From Parasitella parasitica NRRL 2501 (Eukaryota; Fungi; Mucoromycota), in the NCBI GenBank assembly GCA_025201805.1, contig MU619377.1, positions 1 through 64,000 on the forward strand: a stretch of 64,000 nucleotides of DNA. The letters are read 5' to 3'. The translations under genes and the position numbers were made by a program. Numbering within the stretch: position 1 is the stretch's first letter; each line of letters opens with the position of its first letter. Shown here one piece after another: positions 25,081 through 39,052 of this stretch. Below the pieces are notes generated by a model, which ran no database searches, was not told the origin of the DNA, and worked only from the letters and a program-made list of their open reading frames with translations.

Positions 25081-25951
25081 TCCTAGTGGATGACCTTCCC
25101 CTACTTGATTCAGGTTGATCCATATACTGACTGGAATATACTTTGTCTTCAATAATAGAGGACGTATATTTTTTTCAACAATCAGTAGTCAAATGTAAGC
25201 AACATTTGATCCGGACGAGACCCAAAAGCGCCTTCTTTTTTTCCCGTGTAGAGAAGCACTGATTGCGTATCAACCAAGTGTACTCTAGTGGATGACCCCT
25301 CCTTACTTGATTCAGGTTGATCCATATACTGACTGGACTATACTTTGCCTCCTATAATAGAGGACGTATATTTTTCAACAATCAGTAGTCAAATATAAGC
25401 AACATTTGATCCGGACGAAACCCAAAAGCGCTTTCTTTTATCCTAGTAGATGACCTCTCCCTACTTGATTCAGGTTGATCCATATACTGACTGGAATATA
25501 CTTTTCCTCCTATAATAGAGGACGTATATTTTTTTCAACAATCAGTAGTCAAATGTAAGCAACATTTGACCGGACGAAACCCAAAAGCACTTTCTTTTTT
25601 TTTCCCGTGTAGAGAAGCATTGATTGCGTATCAATCAAGTGTCCTCTAGTGGATGACCTCTCCCTACTTGATTCAGGTAGATCCATATACTGACTGGAAT
25701 ATACTTTGTCTTCAATAATAGAGGACGCATATCTTTCAACGATCAGTAGTCAAATGTAAGCAACATTTGATCCGGACGAGACCCAAAAGCACTTTCTTTT
25801 TTTCCCGTGTAGAAAAGCATTGATTGCGTGTCTTCTGGTGGATGACCCCTCCCTACTTGATTCAGGTTGATCCATACACTGACTGGGATATAATTTGCCT
25901 CCTATAATAGACTACGTATATTTTTCAACAATCAGTAGTCAAATGTAAGCA
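25081..25951. repeat. Tandem array of five ~200-bp units (last one truncated)
   Basis: The CTRGTRGATGACC unit anchor occurs at 25083, 25285, 25443, 25646 and 25835 (spacings 202, 158, 203, 189). Units are nearly identical apart from point changes and deletions. Confidence 0.95.
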
Positions 25952-26648
25952 GCAAGCACGACAACGAAGATTCTATTCAGGAAATTCCCTCAAATTACCC
26001 TCACCTATTCAACATAAGATTGCTGATTAGAATGATGCTCACAGCAATCGGTTGCACTGGAATGCAATGTCTAGATCGCTGTCTACGTATACGCAATACA
26101 CATACGTACGGTAGCAAAGAGAGATGAATCTGCAAGAATAGCCAGTATTAAGCAGCACCGTACATTTTACTGTAACATGAGAAATTTCGTAGATGAGTCC
26201 GTAATAGAAAGCTATTCGTGCCTTTTGAGAGTTGGAATAAAAATAAAATAAAAGATAGAATGTCGCGCATCTTTCATTACTATATTCGCAGAAGATGACG
26301 CAGGCCAGCCTGCTTTCTGCCGAACGGGCATTCACTTTGCTGATGGACAGACATCCGTTCCGGACAACTCTTGCCCTCCTCTCTGCACTTTTCGCTTGAC
26401 GCATCAGCATGCAATCAATTGGCCATAGCCAACTTTTGATAAAGCCGCATGATAAAGGCACAATTTTTCGACTATTGAATGACAATGTCAATGTCAATGA
26501 AATACTGCATTCATAAAGCATGGAGCCTTCCCCTTCCAAAATAACAGAAAATGGCTTGCAAGACTCTCTTTATGCAGTCATTGCTTAAAAACGCACACAC
26601 ACGATCTGTAGATTTTTGCACTTTACATATACTTTTTGACACGAGGAT

Positions 26649-27640
26649 ATGATCAGCAAGGGTAGAGGGAATAGGGACAAACTAGCTATCAGAGTCAACA
26701 TAACAACTACGAAGCTAGGGGCATTAATCGCAGAAGATGTACAAAGAACCGCACTACTGGACATACTAGAAATAGTAGCTAGAAACGTAATTGTTGATAC
26801 CAAGATAGCCGTAAAGAGCAACGAATCAGAGATGGCTTCTTATCGCAAAATTACCATGATACTGGATTGCTTGTTGAAGGACTCAAGTATTGACCTTAAG
26901 GAGTAAGTAATAAAAAAAAAAAAAAATAGATTCATATGATCAGGGTTACTTACTCTTTGAGGAATCAAACATAGCTGTAAAACGACATGCAAAGTAAGCA
27001 AATTAATTGCAAAAGATCATGAAAGCATGTACGGTGACACCATCCCTCCCGGCCGCGGTTTTGGGCGCCGTATTGATCTTTTGCTGTCATCGAAGAATGT
27101 TGAGCTGTCAACAAACGAGTGGAAATGCAAGAAAGTCAGTCCTGATCAATTGATTACACAACAGACCAATAGTATACGAATGAATAAGGCCATCTTGAGC
27201 AAGCTCCATCGATTACCATATCAAGAGGGAGATTTAGAGAAACTATACACCATAAGCATGGATTGGATTGGTAAGTGGCGTATTGTAAACTATTCGAATG
27301 CACATAGAGCTGACACATACATGTCATATATAGGGCCCAAAGGATATATGTTTGCTGTAAAAAAAGTTGCTGATATCCATGTTGCAGTTCGTTTGAAGAC
27401 CCTCTTGATGCCAGAGTATTTATTCCAGTTGCCGGATTTTCCCAACACGCTTGACGCATTGTATTCCTGGAGCTGCCACCAAATACAGCTCGAGGAAATA
27501 GTTCTGCCAGCCGCAATTACTGAAGAGCAAACTGAATTGTTTTCGGCATTATCGATAACAACATAGGCGATGAGAATAACAAAGTAGGTTCTCCCGATGT
27601 CTACTTGACCCCCCACAAAGACCAAAAAACAATCAGTAGT
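26649..27640 (+). pseudogene. PD-(D/E)XK restriction-endonuclease-like gene of a Mucorales-type multicopy family, probably decayed
   Basis: SEMASYRKITMILDCLL, GRRIDLLLSSKNVELSTNEWK (D...ExK), QQ...RMNKAIL and MDWIG-PKGY. Two GT-AG introns (~26903-26973 and ~27271-27333). Apparent frameshift near 27550 before SPDVYLTPTK. Confidence 0.6.
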
Positions 27641-28173
27641 ATTAGCAATTAGAAAAAAAACTATAAAAGGTTTAGAGCTTTGTATCACTGACCAATTTGA
27701 ACACCCTTGTTCTTGAAATCGGGCACCTTCCGATTATAAGAAGTGCTCAATAACAATCCTTTGAGAGTTGCTCACTTGAATATAGGGATCCCAACCTTGT
27801 TTTGATTCATCGTAATGGGCACCAAAGATAGTGTTTTAAAAGGAAAAATGGAGCGCCACAGGTTGATGATTGAAGGAACTATGTCGCAAAGAATTGCAGA
27901 TGCATGTAACTACGTTTGCCTCAGCGATCATACGCTTAAAACAAAACATAATGTAGCAGGGTTGATGAGACTTGCTGCTTAATCAAGGAAGAGACAGAAG
28001 GGAAATGTGACTCGACACTATGTACACAGAAATTACCACAAAGACCGTGTAAAGAAAAGTAGTAAATTAATTTATTATACATGAAAAATGAACTGAAATA
28101 GTGTTATGGGATCGAGATAGAAATACAGAGTAAATGTAAAGAGCAAGGGGGGGGGGGGGAGAAGGAAAAAGTC

Positions 28174-29822
28174 TTAGGAATCTACGGGAGGATTAACGGA
28201 AGCAGCTTCGATACCCTTGGGTGCTTTCTTGCCCTTCTTTTCGAGTTCTTCGGCAATGTTGATACCGTACCACTTGAGTTGACGTCCTATTTCATCCAGA
28301 GACTTTTGCTTTGTCTCTGAAATGAAAATAAAGACAAAGATGAAAGCAACCAAAGAAAGGCCTGCAAAAATCAAAAAGACATACGGGCCACAGGCAGCTA
28401 GTAAGGTGGGGAAAATGAGACCGATAACAAAGTTACAGAGCCAGTTGATGGCCAAACAAGCGGACGAAGCAGCACCGACAGCATAAGTGGGGAAAGACTC
28501 TCCAGTAATAACAAAGGGAACCATACCAAATCCAATGGCAAAGAAGGCGACGTAGAGCATAATACAAACAACTTGAAGAGCATCGACATAGAATCTCATA
28601 GCGATGGTCATGACAACACACCAAATACACATACCGGCAGTGGAGATCAGTAAGAGAGTTTTACGACCAAGACGATCAATGAGACCAAGACCAACACAGG
28701 TGATGACGACGTTCAAAGCAGCAACACCAACAGTAACATACTTGGCATTATCCCCGAAAGAGAGTTCAAAAATGTTGGTAGAATAGTACATGATGGCATT
28801 GATACCGGTTAATTGAGAGAGAGCATGGACGACGAAAATCTTCATGCAGAGCTTGGCCAGGACGCCGATGGACATGACTTGGAGGATATTGAGTTGGGCT
28901 TCAGATTCAAAAATGGCATTGTCGCCTTCAGCCTTAATAGCAGTGTTGTCGAAACCGTTAGCCGAGTCCTTGTCATTCTCAGGAGCAGGCTTATTGTCTT
29001 CAGCACCCTTAGTAAGACCGAGAAGCATATCAGTGAACTCAGCTTCAACATCACCATTACGAAGCTTGATGAATTCGACACGAGCTTCGTCGATTCTGTT
29101 TTGGCCAACCAACCAACGAGGAGATCTGGCGCAGAAGGGGAGAATAAGCATTTGAGCAATGGTGGGGACAACGGTAATAACAACAATGATACGCCATCCA
29201 ATGGCAGAGCTCAAACCGAGAGAAATACATTCAATGATCAGAATACCAAGAGTTGTGAACAATTGCAAGAGAGAAGTGAGGGCACCACGAAACTTGGGGG
29301 GAGAAATTTCAGAGACGTAGATACCGATAACACAGGTCATGAAACCAGAGCCAATACCAACAAAAATACGACCGATAGCGAATTGAGCGGAAGAGGTGGC
29401 GAGAGAAAGAAGAATGGCACCAATAAAGAAATTGACATTCATGATAATCATAGAATCACGACGACCGAATTTGTTTGCCATATAGCCATTGGACATGGCG
29501 CCGAGAAGACCACCTATAGCAAACATACCATTGGTGACACCCCTATAAACGTCATTAATATAACTAGACACCTTTTGAGGTTGTTAATAAAAAAAAATAA
29601 AAAAAAAACTTACCAAATCCAATCGCTCATAGGAATACATTGAGGAAGAGGCGAATTGGGATAGTAGGTGACCACACCAGGATTCACATTGGGGCAGTAT
29701 CTTACATTGTTACCAGGAATGTTTAATGCAGAAGTATTGAAACCAGAATTGAAAGAACCCAATGATGCAATCATTGCACAGAAGATGACAAAGGGCTTTA
29801 AGGAAGATGTCCTTGAATCCAT
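28174..29822 (-). CDS. Sugar porter (hexose/GLUT-like MFS) transporter, 2 exons
   Basis: GSFNSGFNTS, KFGRR, YVSEISPPKFRG, SPRWL, SQLTGINAIMYYS, DRLGRK, ESFPT and ETKQKSLDEI. Confidence 0.95.
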
Positions 29823-30508
29823 TTTGTATTAATTGTAAAAAAAATAGAAAATAATAATAATAATTTAATGAAGGAAAATTTGCTCAGCATGTCAAACATC
29901 GACTATTTAAATGATTTTCGATCCTCGCAAAAAATAAAACTGACACAAAACCAGATTTTTCCGAGAAATCCAGTAAATGCGGAGCTCTGTCACTCCAGTA
30001 TCGGATTGCTTGTTTTTTCCTTATCCTACTACATTCAGGGTCCTTGAGAAAGAACGCCATCTCTTTTTCCATCCAACTTGATCTACGCTGGATATTAGTT
30101 GCATACACTAACTTCGATATCAGTAAATTCATCAATTCATTCATTGCTTGTCAAAGGAAAGGCCAAGGACCTCGAATTCCTATTAAGAATATATCAACTC
30201 CACCTTCACCAATTACATAAAATGAATGCATGCTAATTCCCAAATTAAGGTGAGTACACTTTTTTTCTTTGAAACTTGGCGCATGTTTAATTTTTTTTCC
30301 CAATGCTAAGAGATCGAACCCTGACTTTCCACCTGTGAAAGAGTTCCAGAGCTTCATAGACATGGGCTACAAAATTCTTTGCACAATGATCAGGTTGGAC
30401 GTATAATCGTAAGAGGAGGATTAATAAGCACAGCAGGATCGATCCGAAGAACGCTGTATGCTTGATTGGACAAGTTTTCATTCTTTACACATTTGAAATA
30501 TTTCACTC

Positions 30509-30545
<37 letters not shown>

Positions 30546-31699
30546 TGATGGGGTGATATTATGTAAAGCCATATGGATTAATATTTCCCTTTCTGCAAAT
30601 GCCAAAAAAAAAAGGGTCTTCGAAAGAAAATTCCTCCCAGTTTTTGCCTCTGATATTATTTTTGAAAGTGATATGTTTTGTGCATGGTCCCCGCTCTACA
30701 TTTTTACAAGCTCCTTGTGTATCCTCGACATTCTCTTTACTAAATTTAATGTTTTTATTGTTTATTTAAGCTGTAAGATGAGAATCCCTAAAAACTGTCG
30801 CTTCTCGATTTAAGAGACAAGAATGATAGACAATGCATATTGTGGGGCCACCACAATCTCTCCTGACTTTTGCTCCTCCATGCGTGTATTTAAATTTTGT
30901 CTGACAGGCTCTTTTTTTGTGGGTTAAAGCGAGCTAGCGTTATTGGGCAAGTTTCTAAGAATCACCCGATTTTTCGAAACCGAATGATTTTTCTTAATAC
31001 TGATACTGTAATGTGGGATTAGATTTCAAACATTCTATGTAATGATGGCTTTTTTTTTGAAAAAAAAAAAACTCAAATCATATTACCAAAATAATTATAC
31101 ACAACATTTCTTATGTTGAATATGCAATAAATAAGGATGCACAAACATATTAGCCCGCAATTTCCAGTGTTTCTTTTTTCTTTTTTTTTTTAAGTGAATT
31201 GAAAGGATGTTTGAGACGGGAATGTTTGACCCTTTTTAATGACATAATATTATCAATAATTTGTGAGGTTAAAAAGAGAATCGTGTAAGGCTGGTTTACC
31301 GGCTATAATACCCATTACCTCCATTTTTGCCTATGCTTAGCATAGGCTGGAGACAGAAATAGCCTCTTTGTCAACTTTTTCCCTTGAAAATTTAACCCGT
31401 TTTTTTTTTTTTCGTTCAACGCTGCGCATCCCATTCAGGGTTCAAAAGGAGCTTTACCCTTGTATTACAAATAATTTGACTTTTGGCAGCGCAGGAAAGT
31501 CCGTCGAGGTCAACATATAAAGTACACGTACCAACAAACATAAAGGGCTTCATTGGTCTTAACATTTGTACGATGATTACACATGTATCGCATACATTAG
31601 GTATTACTTTTTACTATTTGATTGATTAAGCCTTGTTGTTTGTGTCGAGACATCTCTGTAAAGCCTAAAATTCGGTCACAGTATTGAAGGCTATTGGAG

Positions 31700-32150
31700 A
31701 ATGAGGTGAGTCCATGCTGGAACGAGTACCCATTTATATTCGAAATGGCTAGGATATAGACTGTAGAAACGGCTCAGTTGCGAAATTGAATAGCATTGTG
31801 GAGATGGAATCTCCTTGACGGAGCCCACATTTCTGGGAGACGACTGGACAGAGGAAGTCATTCATGCTGACAAAGATTTGACTTCTAAAGAACAGGCTTT
31901 GTATACAGTCAACGAAGGCTGGAGGGGAGGGGGAGGGAGGAAACCCAAACTTCTCAAGAACCTTGGTCATGTAGGTGGGATGTATCAAGTCGCACGCCTT
32001 GTTCTGGTCTAGCATAACGCCAACATACTCAATGCCAGTGTCAGTGGTCTTGTGGGCACCTTCTAGGACCAATTTGTTGGTAAGACTGTGATTTGTTGTG
32101 TGGTCAACTCGTTACTTGTGGATATGCCTATAGTTCTGAAGCACTGATTG
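31700..32150 (-). mobile_element. Truncated non-LTR (LINE) reverse transcriptase fragment
   Basis: LDQNKACDLIHPTYM..VLEKFGFP and GLRQGDSISTMLFNFATEPFLQSI match the LINE RT motifs LDxxKAYD and GxRQGDPLSPxLF. No YADD motif seen. Confidence 0.85.
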
Positions 32151-32480
32151 ATGGAAAACATAGGGATTTATTACACAACGCAGTCTGGATCAAATTGGCT
32201 CTACTCCAACAACAGGTCTAGGGATGGTACAAAATCTTTAAAAATGCCCTGAATTTACAAAATAAGCGTTATAGGCAATATAATTCCATGCAGGATACAG
32301 CGTGTATACACATTGCCCGTCAATTTGATATACTGCCAATATGGTATCGTTACAATTACATAAGCTGTAGAAAAAATTGACCCTAAAGTTTATTTCTCTT
32401 CAAAACAGAAAAAGACAATAGCAAAAATTGTCAAGCTGCATGAGCCTTTGGGATAAAACTTTTTGATCATGGTATGATAA

Positions 32481-34320
<1,840 letters not shown>

Positions 34321-37300
34321 TGTGTCTATTGTCTAATGTATAAATAATGCTAGTGTTTTAAGATGAGAGGATGCAAAATGATTGCAGTAGAAAAAAAAAA
34401 AACGAAATGTCAAATCAAGCAACTTCGTTTTATATGATTGCAGGCTGATTCAGTCACAAGGTACCTGACATGTTCGTTTGCGTAATTTGGATGCCGCATG
34501 GACACCCTTCCGTCGGATATGGCCTATAGATAAGACTAAATTACGTATTTCGCAGCACTCTTAGCTCCGAATATTACTGTGAGTCCGGGTCTCATAATGG
34601 GCTTTCTAAAATCAAATTGAATGTTGGCGTATGGCGTGGTATCATCAATTGTAGTCTACCTGACCAAACACAAACAAAAAAAATTGTGTGTAAATAAAAA
34701 GGGTATCATGGGATCACTTACATGATCGATACATTTGGCCTATTTTACTCTTTCAACATAAAATGTATTCATCGTTGTGTTCACTTTGTAACCTTTTGCT
34801 AAACCCCGCAGACACCATTCGTTATGTTTTATTGTCCAATACTACTAGACGATAAAGAATTTAACCCTAAATTTGATATCCGAGATTTAATACCCTTTTG
34901 CTTTCATGACAGCCGCATGCACTTATACACCATCCTTATGAAACTGTGAGAATTTCGTGCTTTTTTTTTTTTCTTACCCCTGATACCAGGCTTGCACTTC
35001 TATGTTTTTGGCTTGGACATTATGGTATAATTGTAAATCTTAAATTATATATTCATTTAATATGTGTGTAACTGTTCCTCAAATATGCTTGCCAATTACT
35101 GTCAATAAAACTGACATCTTGCAATATAAGGGATAATAAGCTCGTTCAAATAGAGATGCAAATCTAAACCTTGGTCCGTCAAATGACGGATAATCAACTA
35201 ATGAACCCATTTAGATGCGTCATAACATTAGGATGCCGATTTGACTTGTGATTAGAAGAAACCATACCAAATGTTGAACAGTGCTCACTGATAACGTATT
35301 TGAGGTTTATCTTGGGCCATGCGGAACGATAAACGTCATAGAATACATATCCATTCATCATATCTGCGTTGGTCAATCTCGTTTATGCAGAATATGATAT
35401 GCCTCACCTCTATCAAAACGGAATTTTGAGCTCTCCTAATACCAGATTGCAATAAATACATTTTTAAATTTTGCACCACGTTGGCTTTGCTATTTATCGG
35501 AGATGATGACAAATGCCACTCTAAATAGCTGCTCATTATTTTAGAGTTCAGGTCAGAGATATTAAACATTATAAAATGATGGAAATCATGTTTCCGAGAA
35601 TGCTTTGATATAACAAGAGACTGGTTGCTTCCTCAGATTCTTTTTTTTTTAAAAAAAAAAAAAAATCTGGATCACCCTAATGAAAATGAGAATCGATAGG
35701 GATTAAGTCTGAACATATAGTTAGTTCTCAATTTAACGAGATTGCTAGATCAAAAGCTAACGCATCCACGTACATTAATTACATGACCTGATAGAGCAAA
35801 TACATAAATGTAGTAAGGCACGCTTTAGCATATTCCAAATTCAGCATTTGTGTTTAGGCCATGTTGATAAGTGTGACTAATGACTTTTTACAATGATAGA
35901 AAACATGTATCTCTAATATTTGGCCATTCGATATCATGGATAAATTAGGAGTATTTTCTCCAAGGCAGAATTTATACATACAAACAATGCCTTCATTTCT
36001 TCATAATTCATATGCTGCAACTGCACATTTAAAAAAAAAAAAAAAAAAAAAAGTACCATTCCCAGTAGAGTAGGGAATTAATAAATAGAAGGCATAATCT
36101 AGGAAACTGCGTGTCTTTGCTAAAAATAATATGACAGGGCTTATAAACGATGCAAAACAATACTAAAATTAAAGTTTTTACACTATTAACAATAGCTCTA
36201 TCAGCTTAGGTATCAAAAGCACCAAGGAACAACTTTTGAGTTGAAAAATATCGTACCTTGCATCAACTTGAGCGCCTTGACTGTATATAAAGCTCTTGGG
36301 TGGTTTAATGAACTTTAATTTCCGACAGTGCCGCAAAAACTGGTCAACCGAAGTTGCCCTTTGGACTTGTTTGAATAAAGCTTCATACTTACAAACAAAA
36401 CCCATTTGATCTACTGAAAAATTTAGACACGATTTGATCCCGAGATAGATAATTCCTAGCTAAAAAAAATGAACACAACTCAATTCTTTTAATAATTAAA
36501 TGCAAATAGACAAATAACGTGTTTGGATCATAATCTGATGATTTATATAGCCCTAATAATAGCTTTGTAAAGCATATGCAGATCCAACTTGTGTTTAATG
36601 TTGTCACATACGTTTGGTAGTTTTATGGCAACAAAAAATTTGGATATAATCAAGTTAATGGTATACATTAAAATAGCTAAATATAAACATAGTGTCAAAT
36701 CGTCAATTTTGAGATATTTGGGTATTTTATCGATTGTTTTTGCAAGCAAGTGTCTCCCAAATCACTACCAATTAAATAAATTGATAGATAAAAATTTTAT
36801 ATACATAACGCCATTACTCAGCTTTTTTTTTGGAAGAGTAAATATGAGCAGCAACTTTATTTTATCCGCATTTACAATACACCTGTAAGACATATTACAA
36901 TTATTCATGCAATCAGCTTTTTTCTGTCTCAATTCATTTTATAAAAATTATCTTCAAACAAATTTGAAAATGTATTTGCTTCGTATGCTTTCATGCGATT
37001 TATGACACGGAAAATTTTCGTTTTGAATTCGCATTCATTAAAATTGGGGGGGAGGGGAGGGGGGGGGGGTTAGTAAAAGCGTTAAATAATCACTCCAGAA
37101 GTCAAACTCGATATGATTTCTGCATAGTAAATCTATAATAGTTAATGATTATGTATTATTCCGATACAAAGAATGTAGGCGGATGAATCTAAGCGATTGA
37201 ACCTCGTCAAGTACAACGGAAATACGTGCTAGAATTGCCTGGTCCAAAGTTTACAGCAGCAATAAACTATTGCAGGAAGATAATATACTGTAACTAGCTT

Positions 37301-38766
37301 TTTATTGTGAATATAAAAAGAGCTCAGAAGAATTTTAGCATATCGTTGATTTTATGAAAATCTGTTTAAGATTTGATATAATTATTAATCTAGTATAGCC
37401 GATTCCCTATATATTAAAATCGTGTAGCATCCTTAAATCTACAAAAAGAAAATGCCGCAATAATGGTAGGATATTGCAAGAAGGGATAGCAAGGTAATGC
37501 GAAAGTAGAAGGAAGTGAAGCGAAACTAAACAAACGACAAAGTGGAGGTATGGCAGCCTACTACGCCTAAGCTTCAGCCTCAGAGAAATTTTGACGAAAT
37601 CTACTCTCCAAATAGACATTTATTTTAGCCAGGCTGTTTGGCCAAGTTGACCTAAAGAGTTATGTAAATGATGGCATGAATCGACCTTTAAATCAAAGAG
37701 ACTTTTTAAAGCTAGAATGCAAAGTTACAAACCAGCCCAGGAACGTTGTTTCATGTTTTAATACAAACACCACCTACAAACACAGAAGTCGATGAAAAAG
37801 CCATGCGAGAAGTATGATCTATTTTGAATGATTACTCAGCTTGGGTCACGTTCCATGTATTAATGCACTCGAGTATCATTAGTTTTTTTTTTTTTTTTTT
37901 TTTCCTTCTACTGTGCTTCGATCTCTCATGTTACAACATCGCTCTAAGTTTGTAAACAACATATGCAATCACGGTTGGTCTGCAATTTTAATAAGATATC
38001 ATATGAGTGTTTAATGTATAATCTATAAATGATTAGGACATATCTTGACACCAAAGTTTAGTACTTAAGTGTACTCACATGAAAATATGGAAATATACAG
38101 AACTCATGTTGTACTACACAACGTCGTAACAAATAAATCAAAAGGGGAAAAAAGACTGCTAGATTAAGTAATAACCAGGATCCGGAACACAATTCGGGAA
38201 CAAACAATAGCACGGCAAGCTGACCACTTGTCAATATCAATGTATAACTGTATGTACTCTTTTTTTTTTAAAAAAAAAAACCATAAATGATAGATACACT
38301 ATACATGCTCATATGCGAAATATAAAAGATACCTACATTGCAAATGCATGCATACATTTACAAAGACATATGATATCACAGCAATCGGCATTCAACTAAA
38401 CAAAGATGAAAGGCTAGACAGAAGGTACATACAAATCATATGAATGGTCATAGATAGGAGAGATATGTGTTCTATTCTTCTTTTCATAAATACTTTATAC
38501 ATGAACATCACCTCCCTCTCTCATGAACATTATTCTAAATCACACCATCTTTTTGTTTTTATTTTTTGTGGAATAGAGTAAACCCTTGACACCCTCCCTC
38601 TCCTCCCTTTTTTGCATCTACGGCTCATATGATAATTGAAAACATAGGGAAAAGGTGGTTTTATAAATTTGACAGCAGTTTTAGTGATGGATGATAAATA
38701 TGTGATATAAACTATATAAAGAAGAATCAAATGTATTAAGTTGGTAAATATAAGGTGGTAATTCTG

Positions 38767-38974
38767 TTATTTCTTTGAATCAGGATCATCTGTTGTTGCT
38801 AATGTTGTTGAAGCTGTAGAAGATGGCGTATTCTCATCTGCATCAAAAAGCACTGCATCTGGTTTAGATGCTAATGCAGGTTCAGCCGATGCATTGTTGG
38901 ATGCCGGTCCTTTGGATAAGCGCATATCCAATGCTTTCAATGCCAATGCTCTAATTTGGAAAATGAATACTTGT

Positions 38975-39052
<78 letters not shown>

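Noticed and set aside
25081-25951. CRISPR array
   Set aside because: Whole ~200-bp units are repeated with no unique spacers, there are no cas genes, and the context is eukaryotic.
25081-25951. Protein-coding repeat or head-to-tail Helitron ends
   Set aside because: Unit lengths mostly do not preserve frame, stops recur and no ORF of 60 aa or more is present. CTAG is not preceded by a GC-rich hairpin or followed by TC.
26039-26539. 166-aa minus-strand ORF
   Set aside because: Non-ATG start, no motif, and antisense to the probable 5' part of the nuclease-like gene.
28813-29643. 276-aa plus-strand ORF
   Set aside because: Antisense shadow of the sugar transporter, explained by codon bias.
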